DNA of 60,541 bases, counting the filler. It is 5 parts of 5 records of this genome, joined end to end, with 100 filler letters (N's around TTAATTAATTAA, not from the genome) between each part and the next. Parts side by side here need not be neighbours in the genome. Positions count along the whole stretch, not along the records: positions 55,331 to 60,541 come from SRR31156797_3794; 4 more parts are not named here. One strand, given 5' to 3'. Positions within the stretch are counted from its first letter, which is position 1, and each line of letters starts with the position of its first letter. This document shows positions 59,267 to 60,541 of this stretch, one piece after another. The position numbers and the translations under genes were made by a program. The notes under the pieces are model-generated. The model was not told where the DNA came from. It saw only the letters and a program-made list of their open reading frames with translations, and did not search any database.

Positions 59267-60211
59267 ATGGGCCAGGGAAACGGGAGAAAGATTATAACAA
59301 GTTTTATTATCCTGCTGTTGACGTTAAAAGGTTTTACGCAGCAAGATCCTATTCTTACCCAATACATGTTCAACATGCAAACCATTAATCCGGCTTATGC
59401 AGGAATGTGGGAAAAAATTGGATTTTCATCGTTAATCAGAAAACAATGGGCGGGCATCGACCGAACCCCGCTAACCGAAGTCATTTCATTTCACTCACCC
59501 TTAAAAAATGAATATGTTGGCGTTGGCCTTAACATAATGAACGATCATTTTGGAAGAGAAAACCGATTGAGCATTTTTGGGGATTATTCTTACGAAATTT
59601 CGCTAACCCCGAAAACAAGGCTTCGCTTTGGATTAAAAGCCGGATTTATGAATTACAAAAATCCGTTAACGGAATATCAATTATACCCCGACGATGAATA
59701 CGACGAAGCATTCTCCGAAGATGTAGATTTAAAATTCCTACCAAATTTCGGTGTTGGATTCTTTTTATATCAGGAAAACTATTACATCAATTTTTCGGTC
59801 CCAAAATTACTTGAGAATGATTTCAAAACCAACATCAACAACTATTCAACCCAGGCCGAAATAAGAACAATGTACTTAGGAGGAGGTTATGTTTTTAAAT
59901 TAACACCTTCAAATAACCTGATTTTTAAACCGACTGCTCTCGTTCGAGCCTCAATTGGAGCACCTGTTCAATTTGATGTTGCTGCCAATTTTATGCTCAG
60001 AGAAAGAGTATGGCTGGGGGCGATGTTTCGATCGGGCGATGCCGTTTGCTTTACAACACAGTGGTTTATGAGCAATAACCTCCGGCTTGGATTCGCTATG
60101 GACATTACTTATACCGAAATTTATCCCTATCAATTTGGAACATATGAATTCTCCATCGGATACGATATTGATTTTTACGGACGAAGCTATGTAAGAGCAA
60201 AATATTTTTAG
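59267..60211 (+). CDS. porP: T9SS outer-membrane protein PorP/SprF family
   Basis: QQDP..TQYMFN...INPAYAG, R.QWAG, PNFG.G, KPT.L.R, GTYEFSIGY. Confidence 0.92.
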   Translation: MGQGNGRKIITSFIILLLTLKGFTQQDPILTQYMFNMQTINPAYAGMWEKIGFSSLIRKQWAGIDRTPLTEVISFHSPLKNEYVGVGLNIMNDHFGRENRLSIFGDYSYEISLTPKTRLRFGLKAGFMNYKNPLTEYQLYPDDEYDEAFSEDVDLKFLPNFGVGFFLYQENYYINFSVPKLLENDFKTNINNYSTQAEIRTMYLGGGYVFKLTPSNNLIFKPTALVRASIGAPVQFDVAANFMLRERVWLGAMFRSGDAVCFTTQWFMSNNLRLGFAMDITYTEIYPYQFGTYEFSIGYDIDFYGRSYVRAKYF

Positions 60212-60541
60212 CAAACCACTCCCGAATTATAAACATTTGATTACAAATGAAATATATGCTAAAATCACTTTCCAACAATATCCTAAAGATCTTTTTAACA
60301 AACTTATTTTGATAAGTTAAAAATAAGACTTCAAATTTGCTATTCCCCTAATTTTCACTAACTTCGCTTACAAACCCGTTGCATAAAATATTGAGAAGGA
60401 CGCAAAACCTATTAAAAATTATTAAAAGTGTATAAAATAGCTTAAATTGGTAACTAAAATATCTATAGCGGTAATGATATTTTAAAACCAAGTTTGTGAA
60501 AAATCTCCACATGCGCGGGCATTAGGTGATGGTGAATGGTA

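Noticed and set aside
60460-60541. Possible 3' end of a minus-strand gene at the window edge
   Set aside because: Two short frames are open and neither has a diagnostic motif.
1-60541. CRISPR arrays, tRNA/rRNA, transposases, integrases, recoded TGA/TAG genes, defence systems
   Set aside because: None seen by eye. A covariance-model search such as Infernal/Rfam would be needed to exclude small RNAs.

Overview
This window is not one replicon. It is five unrelated contigs joined by 100-nt N spacers, each carrying the all-frame-stop linker TTAATTAATTAA (14240-14339, 27921-28020, 40555-40654, 55231-55330). Taxonomy below is inferred from composition and gene style. (1) 1-14239, very AT-rich, Arcobacteraceae-like: PFOR, luxS, an MnmC-type methyltransferase, an FGase-family hydrolase, a tandem hemerythrin, tctCBA facing usp-tctD-tctE, an EamA transporter and the metH 3' end. 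(2) 14340-27920, Bacteroidales-like: two giant secreted multidomain cysteine proteases (C39-like and C10, both with GEVED modules), an orphan sigma-54 activator and an ALDH7-type dehydrogenase. (3) 28021-40554, Desulfobacterota-like: korDABC, an LTA-synthase/sulfatase remnant, a GluR0-type channel and T2SS gspFGHIJKLMNC. (4) 40655-55230, Desulfobacterota-like flagellar cluster from flgE to fliA. (5) 55331-60541, Bacteroidales-like: mannitol dehydrogenase, an NCS1 permease, an NrtR-family regulator and porP. The strongest leads are four. First, a sigma-54 regulon in which both giant proteases have a -24/-12 promoter and a shared GGGTGAAAATCACCC-type enhancer about 120 bp upstream, next to the candidate activator. 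Second, tandem MotB paralogs of which one lacks the essential ion-binding Asp. Third, an NrtR/NCS1/polyol-dehydrogenase module with three readable operators. Fourth, a TctD-type direct-repeat box that puts a universal stress protein inside the Tct regulon.
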